Assembly: GCA_016748015.1 (NCBI GenBank)
Contig: JAAOMT010000222.1
Span: 251,924-315,923 of the forward strand
DNA length: 64,000 nucleotides
Direction of reading: 5' to 3'
Source: Geosiphon pyriformis uo1
Lineage: Eukaryota; Fungi; Glomeromycota
The notes under the pieces were generated by a model, which made no database searches, was not told the DNA's origin, and worked only from the letters and a program-made list of their open reading frames with translations. Both the position numbers and the translations under genes were made by a program. Of the stretch, positions 40,794 through 56,983 are shown piece after piece; the first letter of the stretch is position 1; every line of letters begins with the position of its first letter.

Positions 40794-41124
40794 ATAATAT
40801 ATAATATCAATAGTTAATATATATAATAATTAATAAAAACTATTGTTTTAATTATAACAATATTTTTAATATTTTTAATAAAAATTTTTCTGTTAAAATA
40901 AAATTTACAAGCTTATAGTAATATGTTATTATTTATTTTAAAAACTTTTTTTTTGTTGTTATTAGTTTATGTTAATTAAAAAAGATAATATTAAAATTAT
41001 TACTTTAAAAAACACTTTTAAGATTAAATTAATTATTTTTTTTAACTGTATAATCTTTAAAATTAATGATTTGATTTTTTAAGTTAATAATTAAACATAT
41101 TTTATTTTATGTTTTTTTTTGATT

Positions 41125-44100
41125 TTTATTATTATTATTATTTTTTCTTTGCTTAACAAGTGAAGTTCAAACACAGTTTAGAACTATACATCAAAAAAAT
41201 AATTTAAATTAAATGTAAATCATGCATTTTCTACACATGACCAGCCACTTAGGCTGATTAAAACAATACTATGCAGCTATATAAACCAAGATTGAGTTAT
41301 CTACATCTGAAAAAAATAAACAAGACTTACAAAAGCCAAAATGAACACCAAATACTTTAGTGATGCCAAACAACTTAATCACACCAGCCAAGAACTTTAA
41401 AGCTAAACCAGAGATTGAAACAAAAGCTGAACCATTATATAAGATAAGTTTATTTTTCTTTATATAGGCATAATGTTTAGCACAAACCAACCAAATATTA
41501 TCTCTAAAAGTAAGACAGAAAGAATGCATAAATTTCACAATTTTTAAACCAGCAATCTTGGAATCCTAAAAGACAGAGATAGCTTCTTAAAGCCAACTAT
41601 CAAAAACAAAACCCTTATAAAAAGCCATGGATACAGAACCATCAGAAACACAAAATAATAACAGTTACAACACACATGAAAAGGAAAAAGAGAGACCAGA
41701 AATTGTCTTCTAGAAAGCCACATGGGTGTTTAATATCTGATGATGAACAGAAATATCAATATCACAAGAAAAAACATAATCTGATACCTTCACACTACCA
41801 CAATATAAACACAATACACTAGGGTAGTATTTAATATAAAGGCACTTCTAAACAGCAACAGACAGTTAATAATGTAAAGCTTTCATAAAATAAGTACATG
41901 TATTAGCTGAAGGCCTGTTAGTAAAACCAGTGGCCATGTGTAAATTAGGTTGTTACACCAACAAGGAGTTGAACCAATTAATGTCTAAAAGCAAGCTATT
42001 AACCAAAAACCTAAAGCCAGAACCAATCTCCCAACATACTCGACAAATGGAATGAAAAATGTCACAAACAAAGTGTTTAGAGTTGCCAGAAACAATACTA
42101 CTATTAGCTACTATAAAACATTCTCTTAAATATAAAAGAAAACACCAATCAGAAAAAAAGACGATATCAACAATTGCATCAATACACTCATTTTCCATAA
42201 CATCAAAGTGATCTTTCATCTTGTGTTAGTCAATCCTCAAATTCTTATCACAAATAATATTTACAATATGCTAATGCTTAATCTAGCACTGATTACAAAA
42301 ATTAGGACACACCAAACCCAATTCTAACTTACAAGCATCCAAAACAACTTGACTATCTGAAAATAAGTGAACAAAGCTAGATAGAAGAATACACTTTAAT
42401 GTCAATACAATAGTCTATATCTCTATCAGAGTAGATAACATTAAACCTGAAACACCAACACCCAAACTCATATCAATGTTCTTAAAAAAAGCTGCAGCAC
42501 CAGCTTTTTTGTTAACTATGCTCAGGTTTTTTAGGGACCTATTTGTATAGACAAAAAAACTACCAATAACAATTCAAGAAAGCTAACCATAAATAGATTT
42601 AAATTCACAAGACTCAAGAACATTTAGAGAGCCAACACTACCCAAAACAGAGGGACAAGCAGAAGAAAAAGTCTTGCCAATAAAAAATGCAGTAGAAAGT
42701 TTAAATCACTCAGAAATAGAGCCATGAAGATCCAATTTTTTCCACTGCTTAAAGGTGTACCAATCAAAAACAGCACCATAACAATTACAAAGTTGCTCCA
42801 CAAAGGCAATATTATGTCTTCAAAATAAAAGAAGGAACTTGAAAAATTTTGACTGGCCAAAAACAGCAAATATGGGCACCTTACCATAAAAAAGAAAAAA
42901 ATTATCCAAAAAGCCACCCAGGAACAAACTGCACTCAAAAAAAATATGGATCATGTCTGTCAAAAAGTTATTAAAAAAACTGACCCAAATATGAACAGAG
43001 AAACTCAAAGGATGAACAGAATACCAACACAAAACTTGCAAGTTATAAGACCTGTGGAAAAACAGACAACCCAAAATCCCACCAAAGTTTACAAAACCAA
43101 CAAGAAAAGTTACTTTACTCTTATATTGATATTGTACAAAAGATTTCAAATCATAAAAGGATAGGTGATAGATTGTATTACCAGAAAAATCAAGAGACAA
43201 ACCAGACTTAAACTTCAAGTCCTTATAAATCAAAGCATCTTACTTGGCACATACACTAACAGGAATGAAACTAAACTGTGTTCTATAGCTGACAATAGGA
43301 TGAAAAACAGCTAATACCAAATACAAAAACTGCTTATCTGAGACAGTTTTTCTCAAAACCAAGTTGGTAAAAAAATGAATGTTCATTTACATCTTAACCA
43401 AGCTAGGCTTTGAAAGACTTTTAATTAAAAAAAAGATGTCCAGATATTAATAGGCTTCTATTTTTTTAATGATAAAAATGGGTAAACTACTGATAAACAG
43501 AGAAAATTTGTCTACCCTGCAATTGATAAAAATGGTCATTGTTTTGTCATTATTAATAGAGATGTTGTTGATCCAAAAAAATTTACTAGCAACATCAAAA
43601 ATATGTTGAGTAGTACTTTGATTGCTATCAACCCAGATTGTATCATCAATGAAAACACTAGCAGCAAAAAAGGAAGAAAGTCTAGCCCAAGACTTGGCAC
43701 AATCATTCCTGGAAATAAAATAAAAATTCAATCTATACTCATATCCACTCTCTTGTCTCTTGACTTTGCACAAAAAAGAATCATAAAATATATACCAAAA
43801 AAAAAGGGAGAAGATTTCTCTTTGGTCCAAATCATTATGTACATAATAATCATTTATTAATCCAAAATCAGTTATAATCTGGTTAGTACAATCTCCATGA
43901 ATATTACCAAAAAATTGAATAAATTTGCTACATATTTTAATCCTGACCAAACTTTTCTTAAAATGCTCCCAGCCAACCAAATTGTATGCCTTATACATAT
44001 CCTGCAAAACCAGCCAGAGCTTTTGGTTCTTTTTCAAAGCATCTTTAATTACTGAACTAATTGCAAAAATAAGAGACTGAGTTGTTGTATTCTTTAAAAC

Positions 44101-47100
44101 TGAAAAATTGTCCCCACAAAGAATGTTAAAAGTACTGCATGCCAATAAAATTCTGTTAAAAAGAATCTTGAAAAGAATTTTGCAAGCTGTTTTAATCAAA
44201 GCAATAGGATAAGTATTTGTCAGAACACCTTTCTACTCATATGGTTTGAGAATTATTAAAACCCAAGTCTTCTTCCAAGAACTAAGTATTGATTTATTAG
44301 ATAGACAAATATTCAAAAACACCAAAAGCATATCCAGAACTGATCTGTCACAATGTTTTCAAAGCTTATTTAATACACCCAAAAGACCAGCAGCTTTGCC
44401 ACAAACAGATCCAAAATCACACTAAACAGTTCATTAAACTCAATTGAACACATTACACCAGAAAAAGTTTTATCAAAAACATATTCCAAAGATTTGTATT
44501 AACAAGACTATTTATCAGAAATATTGGCAACCATCTCTTGTTTTCTAGTTTAATCTTTTATAATTACATCTACCTTGAACTTAACCATATTAGACTCCAA
44601 AATCAGCTTGTCATCAACAACCAAATGGTTCAGAACCACTTTGTAAAAAAGATGCTTCAGCACACTTCTAATAGTATAGCCCTTATTTATCTCAAAACTT
44701 TCCATTCTTCTATTTATAGCAAACCTGATGTTTGCCTTATTAGTTCTTAAAGATTTAGCAAGCTTGGAAGCATGATAAGATTTTTTTATACCAAAAAAAA
44801 CAAAACAGATGTAATCAAAGTCCATATTAGAGTTCATAAGATTCTGCATAACCAAAGTTTTAACATTGTCTAAAGAAATCCAGTATTTCATAAGGGAAGC
44901 AAACTTGTTGGTACTCTTCTTATGAGAAACTTTAATGATCTTTAAAACCAAAAGTTCCAGCCTATAAAACTTAGACAATTTTTTGGTAAAAACATTATTA
45001 AAGCTCTTGAATCATCTTTTCTTAAATACCTCATTAGCTGAAAAGATCATTATCTTGTGAATAACATTCCACAAAGCATTCAAATTCAAGAATCCCTTAG
45101 AAATAACAAACTCACCAAAAAACATCACAGTATTGGCTGCTGTGATGTTCTTAAATTTATTCTATTTTGCTTTATCAGTATTCTTGAAATCAAACTTCCA
45201 ATAATTCCAATTAGCTTGCTTGTGAAAAGAGTTTAATTGCATATCTAACAACTTATCCAAACTCACAGAGCATGATGATTGGTGTCAAAGTGGTTACTAA
45301 CATCCAAAACATCATAACATATCACTGCATTAACCAGATTTAAAGAAATAAACACATAATCAATTGTTTTCTTGACACCTCTTGAATTTTTTTACATAGA
45401 ATTTCTTATAATCAGACTTCTTAACAAAGAATTGACCAAACCCAAATCAAGACATTTTTTGAAACTGGCACACCTATGGGAGCCATTCTTATTAAAATTG
45501 TCACTCAGGACTATGAAATAAAATTCATTTACAGTCTTTGCTATTAGAGAGTTGATCTCACAAGCTTAAGAAAAATGAACTGCCAAGAAGATGCCTGTAT
45601 ACAGCCCCAAAATTGAAATAGAAAGCTTATTTTTAAAGAGCAACTTAACAGAAAGGAGCCAGTCAGACACCTCAAAAATTTTACATACATGATGAGCAAA
45701 AGAAATGTTCATAATAATAGCAATACCAGAATTCAAGTAACCAGAGTCCAAACCAAAAGTAAAGACATGGACACTATTAAACTTATTAGCAATCCATAAA
45801 TGGACTTTACTCTTTAACTTAGTCTCAATAACAATTGAAATCAAATTGTCTATATCCTTGTGTTAACAAATAATATCTCTTTGCTTTACAGGATTGTTCA
45901 TATCTTGAGCATTGTATGTAGCAATTTTTCAAACCAAACTGTTTATTAAAATGAAGAAAAAGCTAATAAACCCAAACCAAAACACAAATGATTCAATCTT
46001 TCTAAAACTGAATTAACTAATACTTTCAGAGCCACTATTTTTGACTCTAAGCCATTCATCTTAATGGTGAAAACCCTGAAACTACTTAAGCTAAATTAGC
46101 AACTACATTAAAACCAACTGAAAGAGAGGGAATTGATAACACCAACACACCATTTAAAACCATATTTGAAACCAAATTAGAAGCCAAAAAACAGAAGCAA
46201 CCAAAGAAAAAGTGTAAGAAGATGTAGCCAAAAGTGCCAAATTAACAAAGCTCAACTTCTTCACAAGAACAAAAACTTGATTAGCCAAAAGCTTTATAAA
46301 GCGTTTTAAGACTACCAAACACTCACTTAAGCCAGAAACAACAAAAGAAGCAGAACCCAAAGAAGAAGATATTACACCCAAAAGTGAATTAACACTAAAT
46401 GGAACTAATGAGACCACACAAAACAAAGAGCCACCAGCAATCTGAGCCCAAGTTTTATCTTCAAATAAGATAGGATGCACAATAGAAGTCTATTTCTTCT
46501 TATATATGTTGGTTAAATAAGCCCAATTCTGAGAAGTCACCATATGTCTACCACAATCAACAGAAATATGACCAAGCTGTTTATATTGAGCACAATAGGT
46601 CAAAAAAAGTCCAGCCCAATGCAAATTTACATCCTTAAAGACTAAAGTAGAATCAAAAGCAGCCAATCTAAATGCCTCACTTTCAAAACACACTATAGCA
46701 CATCTATCATGTATATATGAATTTGGATTACAGCCAATGATGCAAGTTTTTCCACCATAAAAGACCAACAAATCAGCTAGATTATAAGCAGTAGTGCTAG
46801 TTGAAAAAGTATACAACAAAGTCTGATGTTGATTTTTTAAGATCCATGATTGTTTATCTTCAATTGCCAAAGCCACATGTACAGAATCCTTTCTCATAAG
46901 CATTAATCATTTAAAAGCAACCAAACTAGTAATGTTAGAAGATTCAAACTTAACTAAAGCCTTTTGCCAAAGACCAATCAGTTGTATTTTGATTGAGGTA
47001 ATTTTGCCAAATTTGAAAAAAACTAATTCTATGGCTGATTTAAAAAGATCAACTGGAATCTTCTTGACAATTACTTTCCAATCTGATTGATTGTTTGGTT

Positions 47101-47990
47101 TTTTAACCTTATCATTTACCAAAATTTTCTTACTAATAGTCATTTTCTTGGCTTTGATTAAACTAAATTCTAAAATAAAAGAAGATTTAATAATTCCAGA
47201 AAATTTTAAGGAAGCAAATGCTCTCCTAAAACCATTGACTTGATAAAAAAATTTTTTCACAGCAATTAACTTGTTACCAATAATTTTGCCAGGTAAGACA
47301 AATAACTCAATATCCAATACAAATAACTTAACTGGATCAAAAATTTGCTTTACCAATGCATATGATCTAACCAAATGCAATCTTCTGAAGTTTGTAAACT
47401 TAGGAGACAAAAAAGCCACAATATTATCATTATTACTCAAAATGTCAAATAAAGAAGTTTTTAGAGATTGACCTAATACATATGTGTAAGTGTGCATTTT
47501 CCTGGGTGTGAAATTATCTTTTATGTTATTGACCACTAAAGTGTTCAAGTCAGCATAACTAGTTTCCTCAGTAACAGTATTTTTCATGTTCTCTAAGTCC
47601 AACAGACCACTTATGCTGCTTGTTTCACTCTTAATTTTACTATTCCAAGATTTTGAAAACTTACTATTAACATTACCAATATCAGCCAGACCTAATAGGC
47701 CAGCAGACAAGTTAACTACACTAATGCTAACTTTAAGATTTTTAGACTTTTTATAGGACACACTGTGAGAATATACGTTATTTACTCTTTTTTTTTGCAT
47801 TAGACCAGATTTCCAACTCAGTAGAAGCAGATTTAGAACTATCAGCAACAGAGCTTATCAGTTTTATATTCACAAATAAAGATATATTTAAAAAAATAGC
47901 TGATAGAATAAAAGGAACAGGAAATAGGGATAAATATTTTTTCAGCAATATTTTGCTCTTGTTGTAACTGGGAGATCAACAAAAGAAAGA
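41125..47990 (-). mobile_element. LINE copy D, near full length, distinct ORF1 subfamily
   Basis: ORF1 ~47848-45944. ORF2 ~45946-41269 has LQDMYKAY, FIDDT and RNase H. 3' UTR motif at 41221-41260 and a (TAA)n tail at ~41125-41140. Confidence 0.92.
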
Positions 47991-48912
47991 CAATTTTTTA
48001 TTATTATTAATATTTTACTGTTATAATTTTTGATTTTTTAAAAACTTTAAATTTTGTTATTTTAAAAATTAATATTTTGTGTAAATATTATATTTAATAA
48101 AATTTTTTTAAATATTATTATTGCTATAAGTATTAAAATCTAAACTATTTAATAATAAATTATAAAGTGTTTTATCTTTTTAAGTTTTTGTTTAAATTTA
48201 TAAATAGTTTTAAAGTTTTTAATTTTTTTTTGTTAATATTAAGTTATATGTTAAAGCTTTTATTTTTTTGGTTTTTTTATTACTATGCTTTTAACTTTTT
48301 TATTGTTAATTTTATGGTTAATTTTATAATTAATTTTTATTTAGCTTTTTTGAAATTTAATATAATTAATTTGATTTTATTAATTAAATTAATTATTAAG
48401 TTAATTAGTATTTTAATCTAATTAATTATTAAATTAATTAATGCTTTTTTGGTTTTAATTACAAAATTAAAAAGATTTACGTTTTGGTTTATAGATTGTA
48501 TTAAATAATATTAACAAATTTATTAATTGTTTTTATACAAAAAATAAGTGCTTAAAATATATTTTTTTTATAAATTTAATTTAATTTAGTTTTGATTAAC
48601 TTAAATAATTAATTACATATAAAAAATACATAAGTTATAACTTATTAAGATCTTAAAATTTTTAATTATTATAATATTATTATTGTTTTGTTAAATAAAA
48701 AATTATTAATATTTTTTTATAATTTTAAAAAATTTTATTTATATATATTTTTTTAAAATAATTAAGTTAATAATTAAATTAATAATTAAGTTATAATTAA
48801 GTTAATAATTATATTAATAGCTAATTTTAAAAATAAAATGAATTATATACATAATCTTAATAATAAATACTAAATATAATTAGAAAATTAATAAAACTAA
48901 AAAGTAAAACAC

Positions 48913-48998
<86 letters not shown>
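48913..48998 (+). repeat. (AAT)n microsatellite, ~28 units, followed by mixed AAC/AAT
   Basis: Directly visible. Confidence 0.98.
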
Positions 48999-49002
<4 letters not shown>

Positions 49003-49213
49003 AACAACAATAACAACAACAATAATAATAAAAATAATAATAATTTTAACAATATTATTATTCTTATTAACTTAATAAAAAATTACAGACAAATATTAAA
49101 CTATTTTATAAATAAAATATAATAAATATTAATAAATACATTAATTATTAAAAAAAATACTATATTATCAAATAAAAATCAAGTATTAAGAAATTTTTTG
49201 TTTTCTTAATTTC

Positions 49214-52200
49214 ATAACTATAATTAAAGAAAAAAGTAAAAAAGCTATATTTGATATTTTTTTTAAGATATTTAATAAAGTTTTAATCAGAAAAATTTTC
49301 TCTGTTATAGAAGCAATTAAACAAAACATCTTAGAAGTTTTTTTCTTAAATAATAATAGTAAAAAGCTGTTTTTAGTGGCCATTGAAACATTTTTTTTAT
49401 TTTTGGCTAATTTTTTATCATTTAAAATTCTCTTAAAAAAACACATTTGAATTAATTTTAATATTGTTTCTATTCTTATTAAAAATTAAAAAGTTGTTAA
49501 TAATAAGCCAGTTAATAAGTTGGTCTTTTTAACTATTACTGTTATATTTAATATTACTAGTATTATTTCTTTAAAAATAATTAAAAAAACCAAAAAGTTC
49601 AAAAAATAGAAGTAATTATTTGCTTCTGCTATTATTATATCAAATTTTTTTGTGGTTTTAAATAAGCTTTTTATTGTATTATCTAATATGTTATCTAAGA
49701 TAAACCAATATTAACTACTAATTATGTTGTTAAATATGGTATTTTTTGGCAGATTTTTGCTGGTTTTAAAAGCAAAACAACAGTTTTTTGTTAGATTATC
49801 TGTTCTTAAAAACTGGGTTGACCAAATAAAAACTAATTTATTATTATTTTTTCTAATGCTGTTATGGTTTAAGAATTTAGCAAAAAGAATCATAAAAATA
49901 ATACAAACTATTCAATCATAATATAGCACAGTAATAATCTTAGAAAGGTAATGATTAACATAGTAGCAAACACCATCTTGTGATAGTGGCAAGCACCAGT
50001 TCACAATAGCAGCCAACACCAACTGGTGATAGCAGCAAACACCAGGTTGAAATATCAAAAAGAAAGTATTTTCTCGTAGAACTACAAACATGTATATATA
50101 CAGTAGTTTTAATATTGGGAAATAATCAATCAAGTAATAAAAAAAAAATCATAACTTATCAAGCAACAGATCCAATTTTATCCAACAAACTCCACTTTAA
50201 ATCATACTTTCAAATTAAATATCCCAAGAAACCTTTAAAAATCAAAAAGAAATGAAAAAGAATATTTAAAACAGAACTATCACAATCCAAAGTATTAAGA
50301 AACTTACTTGTATTATTTATTGAATGAAACTATCATTCATCAACTGAATCCCTTGGAAGAATAATCCTTGATCCGGATTATTCACGTTGTTACTAATTGA
50401 TAAAAGCTTTATTGTGAGAATTAGAAAAGCACTAAAGACTATTAACATTCTGTGTTTCTAGATTAGAGAAACACATCAGGCAATTGCAAGGATAGCCTCA
50501 GAGAAGACCCCAGACAGTGGGTAGATTTCAGTTCAGTCTCTGAGAAGGAGTACATAAACATACACAACAATCAAGAATTAAAGAATAACTTACATCGCAA
50601 CAGTAAAAAGAAAGCCTTCAGTGTAACAGTGACATTATCACACAAATAGAATTGAGGAACTCACGAAAGACTGATTGCAATTAAAGCGGGATATCAGCAA
50701 TTAAATATAACAAGAAAACCATTCCGTAATAATGCTATTGCTAATAATACTTGAAAAACCATTATTGATTGTCAAAGATTTGTTAAGTAGATAGTTTTTA
50801 CTCTAATATTTAATGCAATTTTCAAAATTAAATTGGCTTATATTAAGACTGTTTTTTAGTTAGTATATGGTTTTTTAAGTATGAAATTAATATCAAAAAA
50901 CAATATGAAGCTTTTTTGTATAGAATTTGTTTTTTAAAAGTTATTAGGTACTGTTTTTTGGTTGAACTTACAAGCTTTGTTTATTTGGCTATTTTTAAAA
51001 TTACCAAATTTTTGGTGGTTTCTAAATTTGGTTTTTTTTTTTGTTATTATTATATTATATAATATATCTTTGAATGTATTTGCTGCTAATATTAAGATAG
51101 TTCTTAATGTATTTAGTAAAGTTTTTTATATTATGCTAAAGCCAATTAGTATTTAGTAATATTTAATTATTTACTTTAAGACTTTAAATAATATTGTATC
51201 TGTTTTAATTATTGATTAGTTTTATTAAGCAAAAATAGCAGTAAGATTTTTTTTCTTATAAATCAAATAAGATCATTTTGTCTTGTAATAAGTTCAAAAC
51301 CAAGTTAATCAATCTTTTTTCTAACTGTACTGTCTATAAAATTAATAATATGATCTCTTAAGTTAACAGTCAGACTTGTTTTATTCTTTGTTTATTTTAT
51401 TTTGGTTATTATTCTCAGTTCACTTTGGTTATATTTGGCTTACAAAGTGATTTGGATGCAGCTATTATTAGAACTAGTATTTTGAAAAAGTATTATATCT
51501 GATAAAAAACTTTTGAATACTAATATTGTTTTAAATACCAAGACTTAACTGTTAATTATAAAGTGTCTTTATCTTTTTTTCTCAAAATTTTCAAAGCTTT
51601 TATGTCTTGTTTTATTGATATTAAGTTTTATGTTAAGACTGCCATTTCTGTGTCTTTTTTAGCTTCTAATTCTCCAGTTAGTTTTGCTAATATAATAGCT
51701 AATATTTTTGTAATTTTCTTTTGGTTGGTCTGTTTAAAGTCTGATTTGGTCAAGCTTTTTGTTCTGATTGAGTCTATTGTTAAGCCAATTAAATCTTTGA
51801 TTACTGTATTTAAACAATTTATTAATGATAATTTGGTTTTAAGTAGTGTATTTGGCCTTAGGATCAATAAGATTTTAGTACATATAAGTATCTTTAGCAA
51901 AGCAGTTGGTAAGTTGAAATGGAAGATGGTTGCTTTGAAAACTGAGTGTGGCTTTAAGAACATTGATGTGTTTGGCCTTCATGTAAATTTGTCTGCATTT
52001 AATGATAAAATGTTTTCCAACTTGATGTTACTATGGGAACATGAATCTATTAATGTAAAGACTAATGCTTTAAAAACGGTCGAATGGCTGGTTGGATTGG
52101 TTAGTAATAGTGCTACATTGTTTGAGATTGTTCAAAGAATGTCTTCTTTGGATAAGTTTTTTTCTAAGATATCAACGTAGTATAGCCTGAACTGGCTCGA

Positions 52201-52316
52201 GTAGCTGGTTACATGTAGAAAGTGCGTAAACTGCATTTAGCCTTGAGACCCTTAGTTTGTTTCTAATTTCTAGATAGTGGTTGGGCTGTACTCGTTAAAC
52301 ACATAATAATAATAAA
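49214..52316 (+). mobile_element. ORF1-only non-autonomous LINE derivative (HAL1-like), interrupted by a solo LTR
   Basis: A decayed ORF1-like frame ends at TAG 52180 and is followed directly by the conserved LINE 3' UTR and a (TAA)n tail. No ORF2 motifs. Confidence 0.75.
49860..50731. repeat. Solo LTR of a further family (probably + orientation)
   Basis: Termini TGTTATGG...CCGTAATA, TSD ATGC (49856-49859 and 50732-50735), short AGCAAACACCA repeats, then TGTATATATA at ~50091. Confidence 0.85.
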
Positions 52317-52477
52317 AATTATCAAAAGACTTCAAAATTTATGAGTAATTTTTAAATATATATATATAAAAATATAATAAATTGTTATTATGAAGTGACA
52401 TGCAATAATAATATTGGCTATTTTCTTTTATTACATATTTTAAATTGGTTTATTTAATAGCGAGTTAGTCAAGGGGT

Positions 52478-53455
52478 ATGGATATCTCTCAACATAATTC
52501 TATAGAAAATACCCAAGATCTTGAAGTAGTTGCTTCTTTTTTCACAAGTTTCGAACAGGATTCGAGGTTATTGGAAGAAGACGAAGAGATTACTCCATCC
52601 TATTCAAATATCAGCCTTGAGAGGTCATCTAGTCATATAAAAGATAGTTTTCAGTATCCAAGCTCCGAATCAGAGGTTGCTGAAAGTGGCTCAGGAAATG
52701 AAGAAAATTATGACAAGGAAGATGAGGCAGACCAATCTAATTGTCCAATTTGTTTACAAGCTTTCCAAAACATGAGTTATTTACAAAATTGTTTCCACGC
52801 TTTTTGCTTTAACTGCATTTGCCAATGGCTTGCCGTAATTCCCGAATGTCCATTATGCAAATGCAATATAGAATTTATTGTTCATAATATTAATGAGGAA
52901 CAGGGAACGTTTCGAAAATTTTATATTGATGATATTTCGGCATACCTTTACCCTAAAAAAAAAGTTGATTCTTCCTCTATGGTATCGAGAGGACGAAAAC
53001 GACGTGGCAAATCAAAACAATTCGAATGGGGTTTTATTGCACCTGAATCTAGTTTCACACCCACATCTTCGTCAGGCAGTCAAAAAACCTTATCGGTTGA
53101 AGATCGAAGACGAATTTATAACCAAGATCTTTTGCCGAGAGATAAACATGGTGGTGTTCGCTCTGCTCGGTTGGATACCATCAAGATTGAACCACATCAG
53201 CTGGATAGATTGAAACCTTTTTTAACTCGGGAATTGCTGGCTCTTATCTCGGACGCTTTTGACGAAGTGGTGTTTGAATATATGCAGTCATTGTTGCTAC
53301 TCCCGTATCATAGAAATAACTCTTGGAATGAAGTTTGTAAAATGTTGAGACCATGGTTGGATCAATGGACTGATAGATTTGTTGACGAACTTTGTCAATT
53401 TGCTCATAGTGGAATGAACATTACTACATGGGATCGTATGGTGGTTTATTATTAA
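52478..53455 (+). CDS. RING-finger (C3HC4) E3 ubiquitin ligase, Topors-like
   Basis: Intact 325 aa ORF with CPIC...CFHAFCFNC...CPLC. The C-terminal FLTREL...LRPWL...FVDELCQFAHS resembles the Topors conserved region. CpGs are retained. Confidence 0.88.
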   Translation: MDISQHNSIENTQDLEVVASFFTSFEQDSRLLEEDEEITPSYSNISLERSSSHIKDSFQYPSSESEVAESGSGNEENYDKEDEADQSNCPICLQAFQNMSYLQNCFHAFCFNCICQWLAVIPECPLCKCNIEFIVHNINEEQGTFRKFYIDDISAYLYPKKKVDSSSMVSRGRKRRGKSKQFEWGFIAPESSFTPTSSSGSQKTLSVEDRRRIYNQDLLPRDKHGGVRSARLDTIKIEPHQLDRLKPFLTRELLALISDAFDEVVFEYMQSLLLLPYHRNNSWNEVCKMLRPWLDQWTDRFVDELCQFAHSGMNITTWDRMVVYY

Positions 53456-53548
53456 ATTATATAAATATTTTAAAAGGAAATTATAATTGTATCTGCTCTA
53501 AATGGCTTCAGCTCTATCAATTTACGGTCAACATCAAATGATATCGTA

Positions 53549-56036
<2,488 letters not shown>

Positions 56037-56464
56037 TTTTATGATCCAATTGTTGGAAACGTTTAAAAATTATAAACGGAAAAAGAACGATGCTTCTCGA
56101 CTTTCGATAATCCATGTCGATAAAATTTTAATAGCGAAGAGCAGAAGGGACAGGTGTATAGGGAGCTGCATTATTGTTGATGTACTAGTGTCATTGGACT
56201 GGAAATACTAATTCTCTAAAAAAAGATGCATATTTATTAATTAATATTTTTTAATTTTTCATTCCACTGTTGTTTTTTTAAAAAATTGAATTTTTGTGTA
56301 GTATTTGAAGTAAATACTTGAGTTTAAGATTTTTTACCATTCAAAAATATTGTTATTAAAAATAGAATTGCAAATATAATAAATAAGCATTATATTAATT
56401 GCAGTTATATAATTTGAAATTGCTATTATACTTACTGTAACTTATTAAAATAACCAATATTTTT

Positions 56465-56820
56465 ATGACATCTGGAGCAAAGAGTAAAAAAGCTGCAAAC
56501 ATCATAATATCTTAAGTTATTATACGAAAAATACCCACAGCTGTAAAAACTGCTTAATAACACTTTATAAAAATGTTTTTCTTAAATAATATTGTAATAA
56601 ACAAGTTTTTTGCTGGTTTTAAAACATTTTTTGATTTTGAGTAAAAGTTTTTTTTTTAAAATAACACATTAAAAATAGTTCTAATGTAATTACTACTACT
56701 TTAAAAAGTCCCAAAGTTTTTAACCATATGCTAATAGCCAAGCTGTTATTTTTTTTACAATTCTCTTTTTTATTATTAAAATAACAAAAAAACCAAAATA
56801 ATAAAAAACAATATATTATA
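56465..56820 (+). mobile_element. 5' fragment of a second ORF1-only-type element
   Basis: MTSGAKSKKAA and TLKSPKVFNH...KLLF match 49214-49530 (KSKKA, KVVNNKPVNKLVF). Confidence 0.6.
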
Positions 56821-56983
56821 TAAAAACTTGAAAAAATTTTAAATATTATGTAATCTATTTATTAAAATTAAAAAAATATTATAAGCAGATTTTTTTTAAT
56901 TTAATAAATTTAAAAATAATATTATAATTCAAGAATTTAATTAAAAATTATAAAATAAAATAAATTATTTAATTATAATATAG

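Noticed and set aside
48167-48421. Hydrophobic membrane-protein ORF (84 aa) and similar short F/L/I/K/N-rich or antisense ORFs in the track
   Set aside because: Compositional artefacts of very AT-rich DNA, or shadows of TE frames.
48913-48998. Telomeric repeat or coding poly-Asn
   Set aside because: A simple AAT microsatellite, internal, with no supporting ORF.
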